In this document: positions 1 to 8,404 of the stretch, piece after piece | How the letters are laid out: the number at the start of each line of letters is the position of its first letter | Position numbering within the stretch: the stretch's first letter is position 1 | NCBI GenBank assembly: GCA_040879645.1 | Contig: JBBDJY010000013.1 | Coordinates: 30,366-94,365, forward strand | Length of the DNA: 64,000 nt | Direction: 5' to 3' | Source of the DNA: Minisyncoccota bacterium | Lineage (GTDB): Bacteria > Patescibacteriota > Minisyncoccia > Phycocordibacterales > XYD1-FULL-46-19 | Position numbers and translations under genes: made by a program | Notes under the pieces: generated by a model | Databases searched by the model: none | What the model was told of the DNA's origin: nothing | What the model saw: the letters and a program-made list of their open reading frames with translations, nothing else

Positions 1-330
1 CAAGATATATCAATCATTCCAACCGAAAGAGATAATACTTATATTCCCAATAATACTCCGGAAGTATTAATCAATATGCCGGAGATAATAAATGATCTAG
101 ACAAAGTGGTTAAAATCAGTTTAACCACGACAAATAATATTCCAATTAAACAGGTTGATTATTTTATTAACGGTGTTTATTTGGGAGTAACTAAAAATAA
201 TCCTTTTTCTTTTTCTTTCATTCCTCAAGATATTAACGGTTTAAAAGAAAAAAATACTCTTAAAATTATTGTTTATAATGAATTTGGTAATAAAAAAGAC
301 TTTTATCAGACTTTTACTATTGAATTGTAA
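1..330 (+). CDS. 3' end of a larger ORF entering from upstream of the window; C-terminal beta-rich, Ig-like domain, hypothetical
   Basis: Frame 1 is open from position 1 with no upstream stop. The track ORF at 76..330 is only the segment after the first Met. Composition is Thr/Asn/Ile-rich and beta-sandwich-like. Confidence 0.4.
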   Translation, partial: QDISIIPTERDNTYIPNNTPEVLINMPEIINDLDKVVKISLTTTNNIPIKQVDYFINGVYLGVTKNNPFSFSFIPQDINGLKEKNTLKIIVYNEFGNKKDFYQTFTIEL

Positions 331-352
331 ATATAACTCTTAGAACTTAATT

Positions 353-610
353 TTATTTAATATCAATTACCGATTCTTTACCGACAGTATTATTTATCCG
401 CGAAAGTAATTCTTCTTTATTAATAATTATTTCGGTTTTAATTAATGGAGAAGTTTTTATATAAATTTTTTTATTTTTATAAGTTATTTTTTTAGCCTCA
501 ATTTCTATTTTTAATAACTCTTTAATGGTTTTTTGTGCCGTTTCTATTATTATTTGCCATTCAAATAAACCTTTTTTATATTTAGCTAAAAAATCACCCA
601 GTAAAGCCAT
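353..610 (-). CDS. DUF721/DciA-like small protein immediately downstream of dnaN
   Basis: 85 aa. The motif LGDFLAKY...W...Q followed by ITYKNKKIYIKTSPL..KTEIIINKEELLSRIN resembles DUF721 (DciA helicase-operating factor). The gene is adjacent to dnaN. Confidence 0.45.
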   Translation of the reverse strand: MALLGDFLAKYKKGLFEWQIIIETAQKTIKELLKIEIEAKKITYKNKKIYIKTSPLIKTEIIINKEELLSRINNTVGKESVIDIK

Positions 611-611
611 A

Positions 612-1709
612 TTATCGGTTTAAAGGCATAACAATATAAGAAAAATTATTATTATCACTTCCTTGAATAAATAAAGGTTTATTAGGCTCATTGAAATTAA
701 TAATCACTTCACCGGTAATTAAATTTAAAACCTCACTTAAATAGCGGGCGTTTAAATTAATTGACATTCCTTCATTGTCTATTTTTGACGGTAAAGTAAT
801 GGAATTCTCACCGATTTCTTGATTTTGTGATTTTATCGTCAGTAAACCCTTATTATCAACGGAAAATGATATTTGATTAAAACGATCCAAGAAAATATTA
901 GATATTTTAAGCGCACTAATAAATTCTTCTTTATTAATTATAATTTTAGTTTTAAATTGTTTAGGAATAATTTGACGATAATCAGGATAAACCCCGTCAA
1001 TAATTCGAGAAGTTAAAAATAATTCATCAGTGTGAAATGAAATCTGATTCTTATCGGAATAAATATCAATATTACCCTGACTGTTATCAAAAACCCTAAT
1101 TATCTCGGAAATATTTTTAAACGGTAAAATAACCGGATTAAACTCACTTTTATTATCAAGTGGAATTTTTATTTCCGCCAAACGGAAAGAATCCGTAGCA
1201 ACAAAAATTAAATTATGATTTTCTTGATAAATATAAACACTGGATATTTCCGGTTTAATATCTGAAGAAGAAGCGGCAAAAAAAACCGATCTTAACCCAT
1301 TAATTAAATCAATTGCCGGGATGGTTAATTTATTACCTTTATTAATAACCGGAATAATTGGAAAATCATCGGCCGATTCGCATTTTATAACCGTCTGACC
1401 ACTCTTGGTATTAATATTAATATTATTATTAACCGCTTCCAGACTTATTTTTTCTTCCTTAAGATTATTAATAAAATTACCTAAAATCCCAGGTTTAACC
1501 GCTAAAACCCCGTCTTTAGCCACCAGGGCCGGGATTTTTACTTCAATACCGATATCTAGATTAGTTGCCCGAATAATTAATTGTTTATTCTGACTTGAAG
1601 CGGATAATAAAATATTACTTAAAACTGTTAAAGATAAATTCCGACCGGTCATTTTTTCCGTTAAATATACTCCTCGTTGTAATTTATCTTTTAAGCATTC
1701 TAGTTTCAT
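612..1709 (-). CDS. dnaN: DNA polymerase III beta sliding clamp
   Basis: 365 aa. N-terminus MKLECLKDKLQRGV...LSLTVLSNILLSASS is typical of beta clamps. The gene sits directly downstream of dnaA. Confidence 0.95.
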   Translation of the reverse strand: MKLECLKDKLQRGVYLTEKMTGRNLSLTVLSNILLSASSQNKQLIIRATNLDIGIEVKIPALVAKDGVLAVKPGILGNFINNLKEEKISLEAVNNNININTKSGQTVIKCESADDFPIIPVINKGNKLTIPAIDLINGLRSVFFAASSSDIKPEISSVYIYQENHNLIFVATDSFRLAEIKIPLDNKSEFNPVILPFKNISEIIRVFDNSQGNIDIYSDKNQISFHTDELFLTSRIIDGVYPDYRQIIPKQFKTKIIINKEEFISALKISNIFLDRFNQISFSVDNKGLLTIKSQNQEIGENSITLPSKIDNEGMSINLNARYLSEVLNLITGEVIINFNEPNKPLFIQGSDNNNFSYIVMPLNR

Positions 1710-1946
1710 AATATAAGAATAAAAAATATTTTAAAAAACCTTTATTACTATTAGAACTGTTAATTCGGTGTATAACCGGAATTTAACCTGTGTTTTGATA
1801 ATAAATTCATATTCATGACTTGGGTATAAAGTTGGTAATAATCTTTGTTTTTAATTTTACTGTTTTTAGGTGGGGAAAAGTACCTACTTTATCAACAAGT
1901 TAATTCCTTAGATATTATTAGTTTATACACAGATTAATCCTTAATT
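1710..1946. promoter_or_regulatory. dnaA-dnaN intergenic region, candidate oriC or DnaA-box region
   Basis: 237-nt AT-rich spacer with a TTATACACA site (one mismatch to the TTATCCACA consensus) at about 1927..1935. dnaA-dnaN spacers are a common oriC location. Confidence 0.3.
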
Positions 1947-3308
1947 TCAAGTGTTATATAATTGTAATCTAATTTGATCAATTTCTTGATTTAATAATTG
2001 ATTTTGTTTGATTTCATTTTTTATTTTTTCATAAGCATGAATAACCGTCGTGTGGTCCCGGCCACCTAGTTTTTGGCCGATATAAGGATAAGAAGTATTA
2101 AAATCTTCCCGTAATAAATACATTATTATTTGTCTTGGTTTAACCACTTCTTTCCGTCTAGTTTTTTCATAAAGGAATTTTTCATCAATATTATAATAAT
2201 CAGATACAATCTTCATTACATCTTTAATGGAAACTTGTTTTTGTGGTTTAATGTTGTTTTTAATTAGAATTTTAACTTCATTAGGAGTTAAAATTTTATT
2301 TTTGGTTTTAGATTGAATAATAATCGAGTTAAGGGCTCCTTCTAATTCTCGGATATTATCTTGAATAACTGAAGCTAAATATTCCAAAACTTCATCAGAA
2401 ATAGTAAATTCCGGGCTTTTAACTTTATTTTTAATAATTGCCAGTCGAGTCTCATAATCCGGTTTACCAATATCCACAATCATTCCCCCTTCAAAACGCG
2501 AACGCAAACGATCTTCTAAATTATCTATATATTTTGGCGGTTTATCTGAAGAAAAAATAATTTGCTTATTATTTTCGTAAAAATTATTAAATAAATGGAA
2601 TAATTCCTCTTGAAATTTTTCTTTTTTAGAGAAAAATTGAACATCATCCATAACTAAAATATCATATTTCCGATATTTTTCCTTAAATTTATTAACTCGA
2701 TTATTTTGAATTGAAGAAATTAAATCCATCCCGAAATTTTCCGAGGTAATATAATAAACCTTTTTATACTCATTATTCTTTTTTATTTGATTACCGATTG
2801 CTTGAGTTAAGTGAGTTTTACCGACACCGGTACCACCATAAACAAAAAGCGGATTATAATTCATCCCCGGATTTTTAATAATTGCTTGAGAGGCGGCATA
2901 AGCAACTTCATTAAAAGAGCCAACAATAAAATTATTAAAAGTATATTTAGGATTAAGATTATTTTCCTTATTGATATATAAGTCATTTAAACCCAAATCT
3001 TCACCAATAGTCTCTTTAATATTATTTTCTATCGTCTGACATTTGTTTTTATCCTCGCTTTTAATAATAATGTATTCAACTGAATGAATAATTAAAGAGG
3101 TGTTACGCAAAGCCTTAATGATTAATTTATGATATTTATTAATTAACCAATCACGAACAAAAGTATTAGGTACGCTTAAATAGACAATACCATCATTATA
3201 TTTATAAATATGGGTATTTTTAAACCAGGTGCCGAAATTAGCTTTAGAAATGGATAATTCTATTTCTGATAAAATATCCCCCCAAAGTTTATTGTAATCT
3301 ATCAACAT
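1947..3308 (-). CDS. dnaA: Chromosomal replication initiator DnaA
   Basis: 453 aa with Walker A GGTGVGKTHL and the MDDVQFF box. The C-terminal DnaA-box binding domain is present (IGQKLGGRDHTTVIHA). Confidence 0.97.
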   Translation of the reverse strand: MLIDYNKLWGDILSEIELSISKANFGTWFKNTHIYKYNDGIVYLSVPNTFVRDWLINKYHKLIIKALRNTSLIIHSVEYIIIKSEDKNKCQTIENNIKETIGEDLGLNDLYINKENNLNPKYTFNNFIVGSFNEVAYAASQAIIKNPGMNYNPLFVYGGTGVGKTHLTQAIGNQIKKNNEYKKVYYITSENFGMDLISSIQNNRVNKFKEKYRKYDILVMDDVQFFSKKEKFQEELFHLFNNFYENNKQIIFSSDKPPKYIDNLEDRLRSRFEGGMIVDIGKPDYETRLAIIKNKVKSPEFTISDEVLEYLASVIQDNIRELEGALNSIIIQSKTKNKILTPNEVKILIKNNIKPQKQVSIKDVMKIVSDYYNIDEKFLYEKTRRKEVVKPRQIIMYLLREDFNTSYPYIGQKLGGRDHTTVIHAYEKIKNEIKQNQLLNQEIDQIRLQLYNT

Positions 3309-3492
3309 AAAATTTATTTATTTGGCGAGTTTTTAATTTACCTTTAAATTATAGTCCAGTACTGTATTATAACAAACGTTTGCAGACTGTTAATAACCAG
3401 TGGATTACTTCTTAAATTATATTTTTTACGAATAATATTAAATTATAAGTCAAGGTTGCTAAAAAAATCCTTTTATTATATGATACTGATTA
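3309..3492. promoter_or_regulatory. rpmH-dnaA divergent intergenic region; AT-rich candidate DUE/oriC and promoters
   Basis: 184 nt, very AT-rich, lying between the divergent dnaA and rpmH genes. There is no perfect DnaA box, only a degenerate AGTGGATTA. Confidence 0.3.
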
Positions 3493-3627
3493 ATGTCAGT
3501 AACCTACCAACCAAAAAAACGAAAAAGGAAGAAAACTCACGGTTTTTTAGTTAGAGCTAAAACCGCCACCGGCCGTAATATTTTAAAAAACCGCCGGCGA
3601 AAAGGCCGAAAGAAATTAGCGGTTTAA
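3493..3627 (+). CDS. rpmH: 50S ribosomal protein L34
   Basis: Hand translation gives [44 protein letters not shown] (44 aa), a classic L34. It is missing from the ORF track because it is under 60 aa. The conserved rpmH-rnpA-yidC order is preserved. Confidence 0.9.
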   Translation: MSVTYQPKKRKRKKTHGFLVRAKTATGRNILKNRRRKGRKKLAV

Positions 3628-3644
3628 TTGATTTTGATCAAATA

Positions 3645-3971
3645 ATGATTCCCCAAAACCGGCGAATCGGTAAAAGACTGATTGAACAAGTTATTAAAGA
3701 TGGTAAAAGTCTTTATTCTCCTTATTTAACACTAAAAATCCTTCCGACTGAGGGCCCTAGTTTATGGGGTTTTGTTGTTTCTAAAAAAGTCAGTAAAAAA
3801 GCGGTTGAACGCAATTTTATTAAACGGCGAGCCCGCTATATTGTTAGAAAAAATATAAACAAACTGGCTGACGGTTATTTATATGTTATGATATTTAAGC
3901 CTGAAGCTCGTCATTTAACCTTTAATGAATTGGAACAGGAAGTGGTTAAATTATTGCCGATAAACAAATAA
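3645..3971 (+). CDS. rnpA: RNase P protein component
   Basis: 108 aa with the basic RNR motif FIKRRARYIVRKN. The gene follows rpmH. Confidence 0.9.
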   Translation: MIPQNRRIGKRLIEQVIKDGKSLYSPYLTLKILPTEGPSLWGFVVSKKVSKKAVERNFIKRRARYIVRKNINKLADGYLYVMIFKPEARHLTFNELEQEVVKLLPINK

Positions 3972-4017
3972 TTGATTAATTTGAATTTTTAAAATCTCCC
4001 TCTAATTAATAATAAAA

Positions 4018-4761
4018 ATGGTAGCTCTATTTAATTTAATCCTATTTAATCCGCTTTATAATGCTTTGGTGTTTATTACCGACATTATCCCCGGTAATAA
4101 TATTGGCGTAGCAATAATTATTTTGACGATTATTGTTAAAATAATTTTATTTCCCTTATACCATAAATCGGTTAAAACCCAATCTAAAATCAAAGAAATT
4201 GAGCCGGAACTTAAGTCTTTGAAAAATAAATATAATGACGATAAGCAAGAACAAGCCAAACAAATAATGGAGCTTTATCGCCATCACGGTATTAATCCTT
4301 TTGTTTCCATTGTTCTTTTATTTATTCAATTGCCGATATTTATTGCCTTATTTTATGTCTTTTTTCGGGGTTTTGAATTAAATTTAGATATCTTATATTC
4401 TTTTATTCCCCCACCGGCGGTAATTAATACCGAATTATTCGGTTTATTGGATATCGCCGAAAAAAGTTTTATCCTCGCTTTATTGGTTGGTGGAGCCCAA
4501 TTTATTCAGATGAAATTTTCTTTACCTCCCCTGCCGCCGATTGATCGGAATAAAAAAGAAAGATCAATTAAAGATGATTTTGCCCGCAGTTTTAATATCC
4601 AAATGCGCTATATTATGCCGATTATTATTGTCTTTATCGCTTCATCTTTACCGGCGGCTGTCGGTCTTTATTGGTTAACCAGTAATTTATTCGCCATTGG
4701 TCATGAATTACTGGTTAAACGAAAAGCTTTAAATATTTTAACCGGACGGTCAATCACTTAA
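4018..4761 (+). CDS. yidC: Membrane protein insertase YidC/Oxa1 family (short form)
   Basis: 247 aa, multi-TM, follows rnpA. It has the conserved C-terminal amphipathic and basic region seen in short YidC proteins. Confidence 0.85.
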   Translation: MVALFNLILFNPLYNALVFITDIIPGNNIGVAIIILTIIVKIILFPLYHKSVKTQSKIKEIEPELKSLKNKYNDDKQEQAKQIMELYRHHGINPFVSIVLLFIQLPIFIALFYVFFRGFELNLDILYSFIPPPAVINTELFGLLDIAEKSFILALLVGGAQFIQMKFSLPPLPPIDRNKKERSIKDDFARSFNIQMRYIMPIIIVFIASSLPAAVGLYWLTSNLFAIGHELLVKRKALNILTGRSIT

Positions 4762-4821
4762 TTAATTGATGGAAGTTTGGAATTTTTCCAGATAGGATTA
4801 GAATATTCCGGAACGCCAATA

Positions 4822-4893
4822 AAAAATAAAGTTAGTAGTTAGGTAACCCAGACCCAAGCCCAACCATTACCTAACTACTAACTTTATTTTTAT
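4822..4893. terminator. Bidirectional Rho-independent terminator between yidC and the convergent operon
   Basis: Perfect 19-bp stem (aaagttagtagttaggtaa / ttacctaactactaacttt) with a 20-nt loop, flanked by an A-run and a T-run. Confidence 0.6.
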
Positions 4894-4906
4894 TAAGAAT
4901 TTTATT

Positions 4907-6145
4907 CTAATAGCGCAAAAATACCGACCATAAACTGCCGTCTTTTTTATTCTGCCACCAAATCATATTGTCTTTAACTTTTAGATTAACAACATCCAAA
5001 TTACGGTTAATAGAAGTTAATCTGAATAAAGTCGAGTCGTCAATGATATAAACCCAAATATCATCATTGGGAAAAGATATTTTTCCTTGATACCACTCGT
5101 CGGGATATTGACCGGCACTGATTCTTTCGGACACACCGCAATAAATGGCACCGGCATCGTTTTGCCAAACACATTTATCGGTTAAGGTTTTTATCGCCAG
5201 TGTTTTTTCCGTTCCGGTGTCTAAATTTTTTAATTTTAAATTAAGGTTATTACCGGCGCTTTCCGAATACAATAATTGCTTACCGTCGGGACTAGGTAGA
5301 GCGGTTAAACCGCTTTTATTACTCAAAATCTTATCAGTCATTTCCCGATTAAGATCCAATGAATATAAATTACGCGACAAAGACCAAGCCGGTGGTTGGC
5401 TTAATATAATTGACCCGGTACCGGCCCAACTTGCCTGCCAAGACAATAAACCGGTTCGCCAGACCTGGCCGGCACCGCTTAAATCCGGATTAGCCACCAG
5501 ACCGACAACATCATCGTTAAAGCGTTTTAAATAAAAGATTCGGCCAGTCTCACGATTAATCGCCGGTTGGGCGAGAAAATTGGATTGACGGCGGACAAGG
5601 TTATTTTTTTCAGTCTCGCCACTAATCGCTTCAAGTGGAATATTGATAGAGGTTATAACCCCATCCCGATCTTCAATAAAAGCGTAGAGATGGTTGGTAT
5701 CGGTGGTAAACAAAACCGACAGCGGATTAGCAATAGTGGTATTGGATATTCGTTTAAAGGTTAATTCTTCATCAGTTAAATCGGCGGTATAAATATGGCC
5801 GGTACTTTGTTCGGCATAAACCAAATAATCATTATCACTAATAGTGATTAATTCGTAACCGGCAATTGATTCATCGATGATTTTTTCCGGGGTGGCAATA
5901 TCTTCCGTTTCGAGGTTGTTGGTTGGAGTGGAAATGGTTTGGCCGGCATTATCACCTTCTCGGCCGGTGAAAAAATCAAATAAATTACCAACCGGGAAAA
6001 ATCCCCGATCGTCCCCCGTCTCGCCACTTGGTGTTGGTCGGGAGATTAAATAAAAACCAATCCCGGCCGCGATGACAATTAAAATAATTAAGATGGTTAA
6101 AGTTTTTTTCATATTAAAATTCAATATGCCAATGGTCTCCTTCAT
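4907..6145 (-). CDS. Membrane-anchored TolB-like (PD40) beta-propeller protein; last gene of the T4SS-like operon
   Basis: 412 aa with an N-terminal TM anchor. Repeated SPDGKQLLYSE...NLDTG-type motifs are typical of TolB/PD40 propellers. Confidence 0.5.
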   Translation of the reverse strand: MKETIGILNFNMKKTLTILIILIVIAAGIGFYLISRPTPSGETGDDRGFFPVGNLFDFFTGREGDNAGQTISTPTNNLETEDIATPEKIIDESIAGYELITISDNDYLVYAEQSTGHIYTADLTDEELTFKRISNTTIANPLSVLFTTDTNHLYAFIEDRDGVITSINIPLEAISGETEKNNLVRRQSNFLAQPAINRETGRIFYLKRFNDDVVGLVANPDLSGAGQVWRTGLLSWQASWAGTGSIILSQPPAWSLSRNLYSLDLNREMTDKILSNKSGLTALPSPDGKQLLYSESAGNNLNLKLKNLDTGTEKTLAIKTLTDKCVWQNDAGAIYCGVSERISAGQYPDEWYQGKISFPNDDIWVYIIDDSTLFRLTSINRNLDVVNLKVKDNMIWWQNKKDGSLWSVFLRY

Positions 6146-6995
6146 AAATTAACCTATTCCCATTTATTCCCAAGTCACCCAATCCTCCTTCAGCGATAGT
6201 TCTATTCATAAAATTATCAAAATTATTAGTTGACCTAATATCAACCGCCGTGCCGGTATAATGGTTACTTCCAACCGAGTGACCACCTTGTTCGCCTGCG
6301 CCGGTAATGACTATCTCACAATTACATTCTTGACTTAATCCCACTACTCCATTTATTTGATTTTGATTTAAATTGCCGACATATGTTCGGCAGGCGGATA
6401 AATTATCAGGCCGGCAAGCACCTTCATCGTTAATTAAAATTCCTCTCCTTTTTAACCTATTTCTGACTTCAAATTCATTACTCGGAACCGGGCCATACAC
6501 TCCTTCTCCTAATGATGATCCATCTCCGGGTATGGCGGTAATATCGTCTTGTCCACTAGACCCACTACCGGTATTAACTGCCACATCGGTTGATATCGTG
6601 CCGGCTCGACCGCCGAAATCAAGTGATAAGTTTATTAAATTAGGGTTAATGGTATTTAAGATAAGCCAGGCGGTTAAGGCGATTAATAAGCCGAAAAAAG
6701 CGGCACTCATTCGGCTTTTGGCATCGGCTTTAATCCCCGGAATCCCGCTAACCATATATTCAATACCGGCCCAGGTAAAAATAACTATCGATAGAACAGT
6801 GGCAATGACCAAAATGGTGGTAATGGCCGCCGCCGCATAATCCAGCAAATTACTCGTCTCGCCTTCACTCCCCCCAATTACTTCCGGCTGGAGTAAAACA
6901 TAATCCTGGGCCAAAGCCGGTATCGCCACCAATAAACCGGCAAAAAACAAGCCGATAAACAGATAAGGAATCATTTGTTTGGTGGTTTTTTTCAT
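6114..6995 (-). CDS. Membrane-anchored peptidase M15 (VanY-like D,D- or L,D-peptidase) with an N-terminus of VirB2/TrbC pilin-like topology
   Basis: 293 aa. A signal peptide (...AIPALAQD) is followed by two TM helices separated by a short charged loop. The C-terminal domain carries the LAS-metallopeptidase motifs SNHYTGTAVD (SxHxxGxAxD) and EGDHWH (ExxH/HxH). Confidence 0.6.
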   Translation of the reverse strand: MKKTTKQMIPYLFIGLFFAGLLVAIPALAQDYVLLQPEVIGGSEGETSNLLDYAAAAITTILVIATVLSIVIFTWAGIEYMVSGIPGIKADAKSRMSAAFFGLLIALTAWLILNTINPNLINLSLDFGGRAGTISTDVAVNTGSGSSGQDDITAIPGDGSSLGEGVYGPVPSNEFEVRNRLKRRGILINDEGACRPDNLSACRTYVGNLNQNQINGVVGLSQECNCEIVITGAGEQGGHSVGSNHYTGTAVDIRSTNNFDNFMNRTIAEGGLGDLGINGNRLIYEGDHWHIEF

Positions 6996-6998
6996 TGA

Positions 6999-8018
6999 TT
7001 ATTGTCCAAAAAATTCATTAAGGTTTAAATTAACCGAGGCTTGGCCGGTTTGTTTGGGATTTCTTGGATTATTAACCTCAACGGATATTATTGATGACCC
7101 GGCTGAAGATTGGTTGGTTTGGAAGGTGATTTCTCTTTGGCGGCTAGAAATATCTTTAATTACTTCCTCACCGGCTTTCCAAATATATTGTAGTTGAGAC
7201 AAAACATCATTAATTGGGAAATAAAACGGTTCGGCTTTAAGTGAAATAACATCGCCCTCGGCTTGATGGTTTTGATTATTTAAAACCTTGGCCTGATTAA
7301 CGCCACTTAACGGCTTAACCTCATATAATAAAATCTCGGCTTGATTGGCGTTAATGGTTAAATTACCACTGGCGGTAATCCCGGATGAAGGATGGCTTAC
7401 TTTGACGCCGACGACCGCTCGCTCGGTTTCGGGATTAAGTGTAAAAGTGATGGTATTTCGACCGAGACCGGAAGAACCGGTTAAGCGAGTATTGTTTCTC
7501 GTCCATTCAAAAACCAATTCTCGAGCGTCAATTAATTGGTCAAAAACCCTGATATTCGGCTCGGCCATAACCGTCAGTAAAGAGCCGGCCGTCGGCAGGG
7601 CCGCTCCTCGGTACCAGTTTGGAATGAAAGAATTTGCTTCAAACAACAATTCAACCTCGGCCGGCCGGAAAGTCAGATTTTTGACAATAAAACGATTATC
7701 CGGGGTGGTAATAATGGCATCAACCGAAGTTATCCAACCAACCCGACCATTGCGGAAGGAAAATTCAGCCAAGCCGATACCCTCGGCCAAAACCTCGTCA
7801 TTAACCGCCCAAGTTACCTTACTTAAATTAAGATTAAAACCAAAACCTTTTAATTTGACGGTAATCATTTCATTGGGTTTTGGCTCTTTCGGCTTGACTT
7901 CGGCCTCCAGAGTTCCGCCAACGGTACTTTCTTGGTAATTAGCCGAAGCGATGACCGGAAAAATCCACAAGATTAAAATAATCAGCAAAACGATTTTATT
8001 TTTTAAGATATTGGTCAT
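6999..8018 (-). CDS. Secreted or membrane-anchored all-beta protein, hypothetical (possible VirB8-like channel component)
   Basis: 339 aa with an N-terminal hydrophobic anchor and a beta-rich remainder. It sits inside the T4SS-like operon. Confidence 0.45.
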   Translation of the reverse strand: MTNILKNKIVLLIILILWIFPVIASANYQESTVGGTLEAEVKPKEPKPNEMITVKLKGFGFNLNLSKVTWAVNDEVLAEGIGLAEFSFRNGRVGWITSVDAIITTPDNRFIVKNLTFRPAEVELLFEANSFIPNWYRGAALPTAGSLLTVMAEPNIRVFDQLIDARELVFEWTRNNTRLTGSSGLGRNTITFTLNPETERAVVGVKVSHPSSGITASGNLTINANQAEILLYEVKPLSGVNQAKVLNNQNHQAEGDVISLKAEPFYFPINDVLSQLQYIWKAGEEVIKDISSRQREITFQTNQSSAGSSIISVEVNNPRNPKQTGQASVNLNLNEFFGQ

Positions 8019-8053
8019 TACTCTATTTTAAACTAATTTGTCCGGATAAGGAA

Positions 8054-8398
8054 TCATTTGGCCCCGGTCAGCGCTTTTTTAAATTTGGGCTTGGCTGATA
8101 AGGATAAACCGGTTTTGTCTTCAGTCCGGGTAAAAATAATGACCGCGATGACGCCGGCGGTAATGCCGGGTAGAAAAGGGATAATCGCCAATACCCCGGC
8201 GGTGAGGTAAGTCAGCATTTTTCTGGTACTGATTAAGGGAATATTTTTTAAATAAAACCAAAAACCGAAAACCATAAAAGCGGTGGCGGTGGTGATAAGG
8301 TTAACAATGGGAATTAAGGCAATCAAGTCAATTAATAAAGCGGTGACAATCATTCCGCTGGCGGATAATCGACTGATGCGGTAAGTGGTTTCAGCCAT
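8054..8398 (-). CDS. Small integral membrane protein, hypothetical
   Basis: 114 aa with a long N-terminal hydrophobic hairpin, a second TM and a basic tail. It ends 6 nt after the VirB4 gene. Confidence 0.45.
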   Translation of the reverse strand: MAETTYRISRLSASGMIVTALLIDLIALIPIVNLITTATAFMVFGFWFYLKNIPLISTRKMLTYLTAGVLAIIPFLPGITAGVIAVIIFTRTEDKTGLSLSAKPKFKKALTGAK

Positions 8399-8404
8399 AA
8401 TTGT

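Noticed and set aside
1405-1593. Opposite-strand and alternate-frame ORFs inside conserved genes (for example 1405..1593, 4056..4259, 5145..5534, 6373..6840, 7345..7938, 12323..12577, 13604..13981, 16171..16551, 21721..22485, 23360..23842, 28688..29230, 29492..30063, 31541..32403, 33133..34002, 39374..39893, 51018..51895, 53062..54602, 58377..59474)
   Set aside because: They are embedded in well-supported genes on the other strand or frame, have low-complexity or atypical composition and carry no recognisable motifs. They are shadow ORFs.
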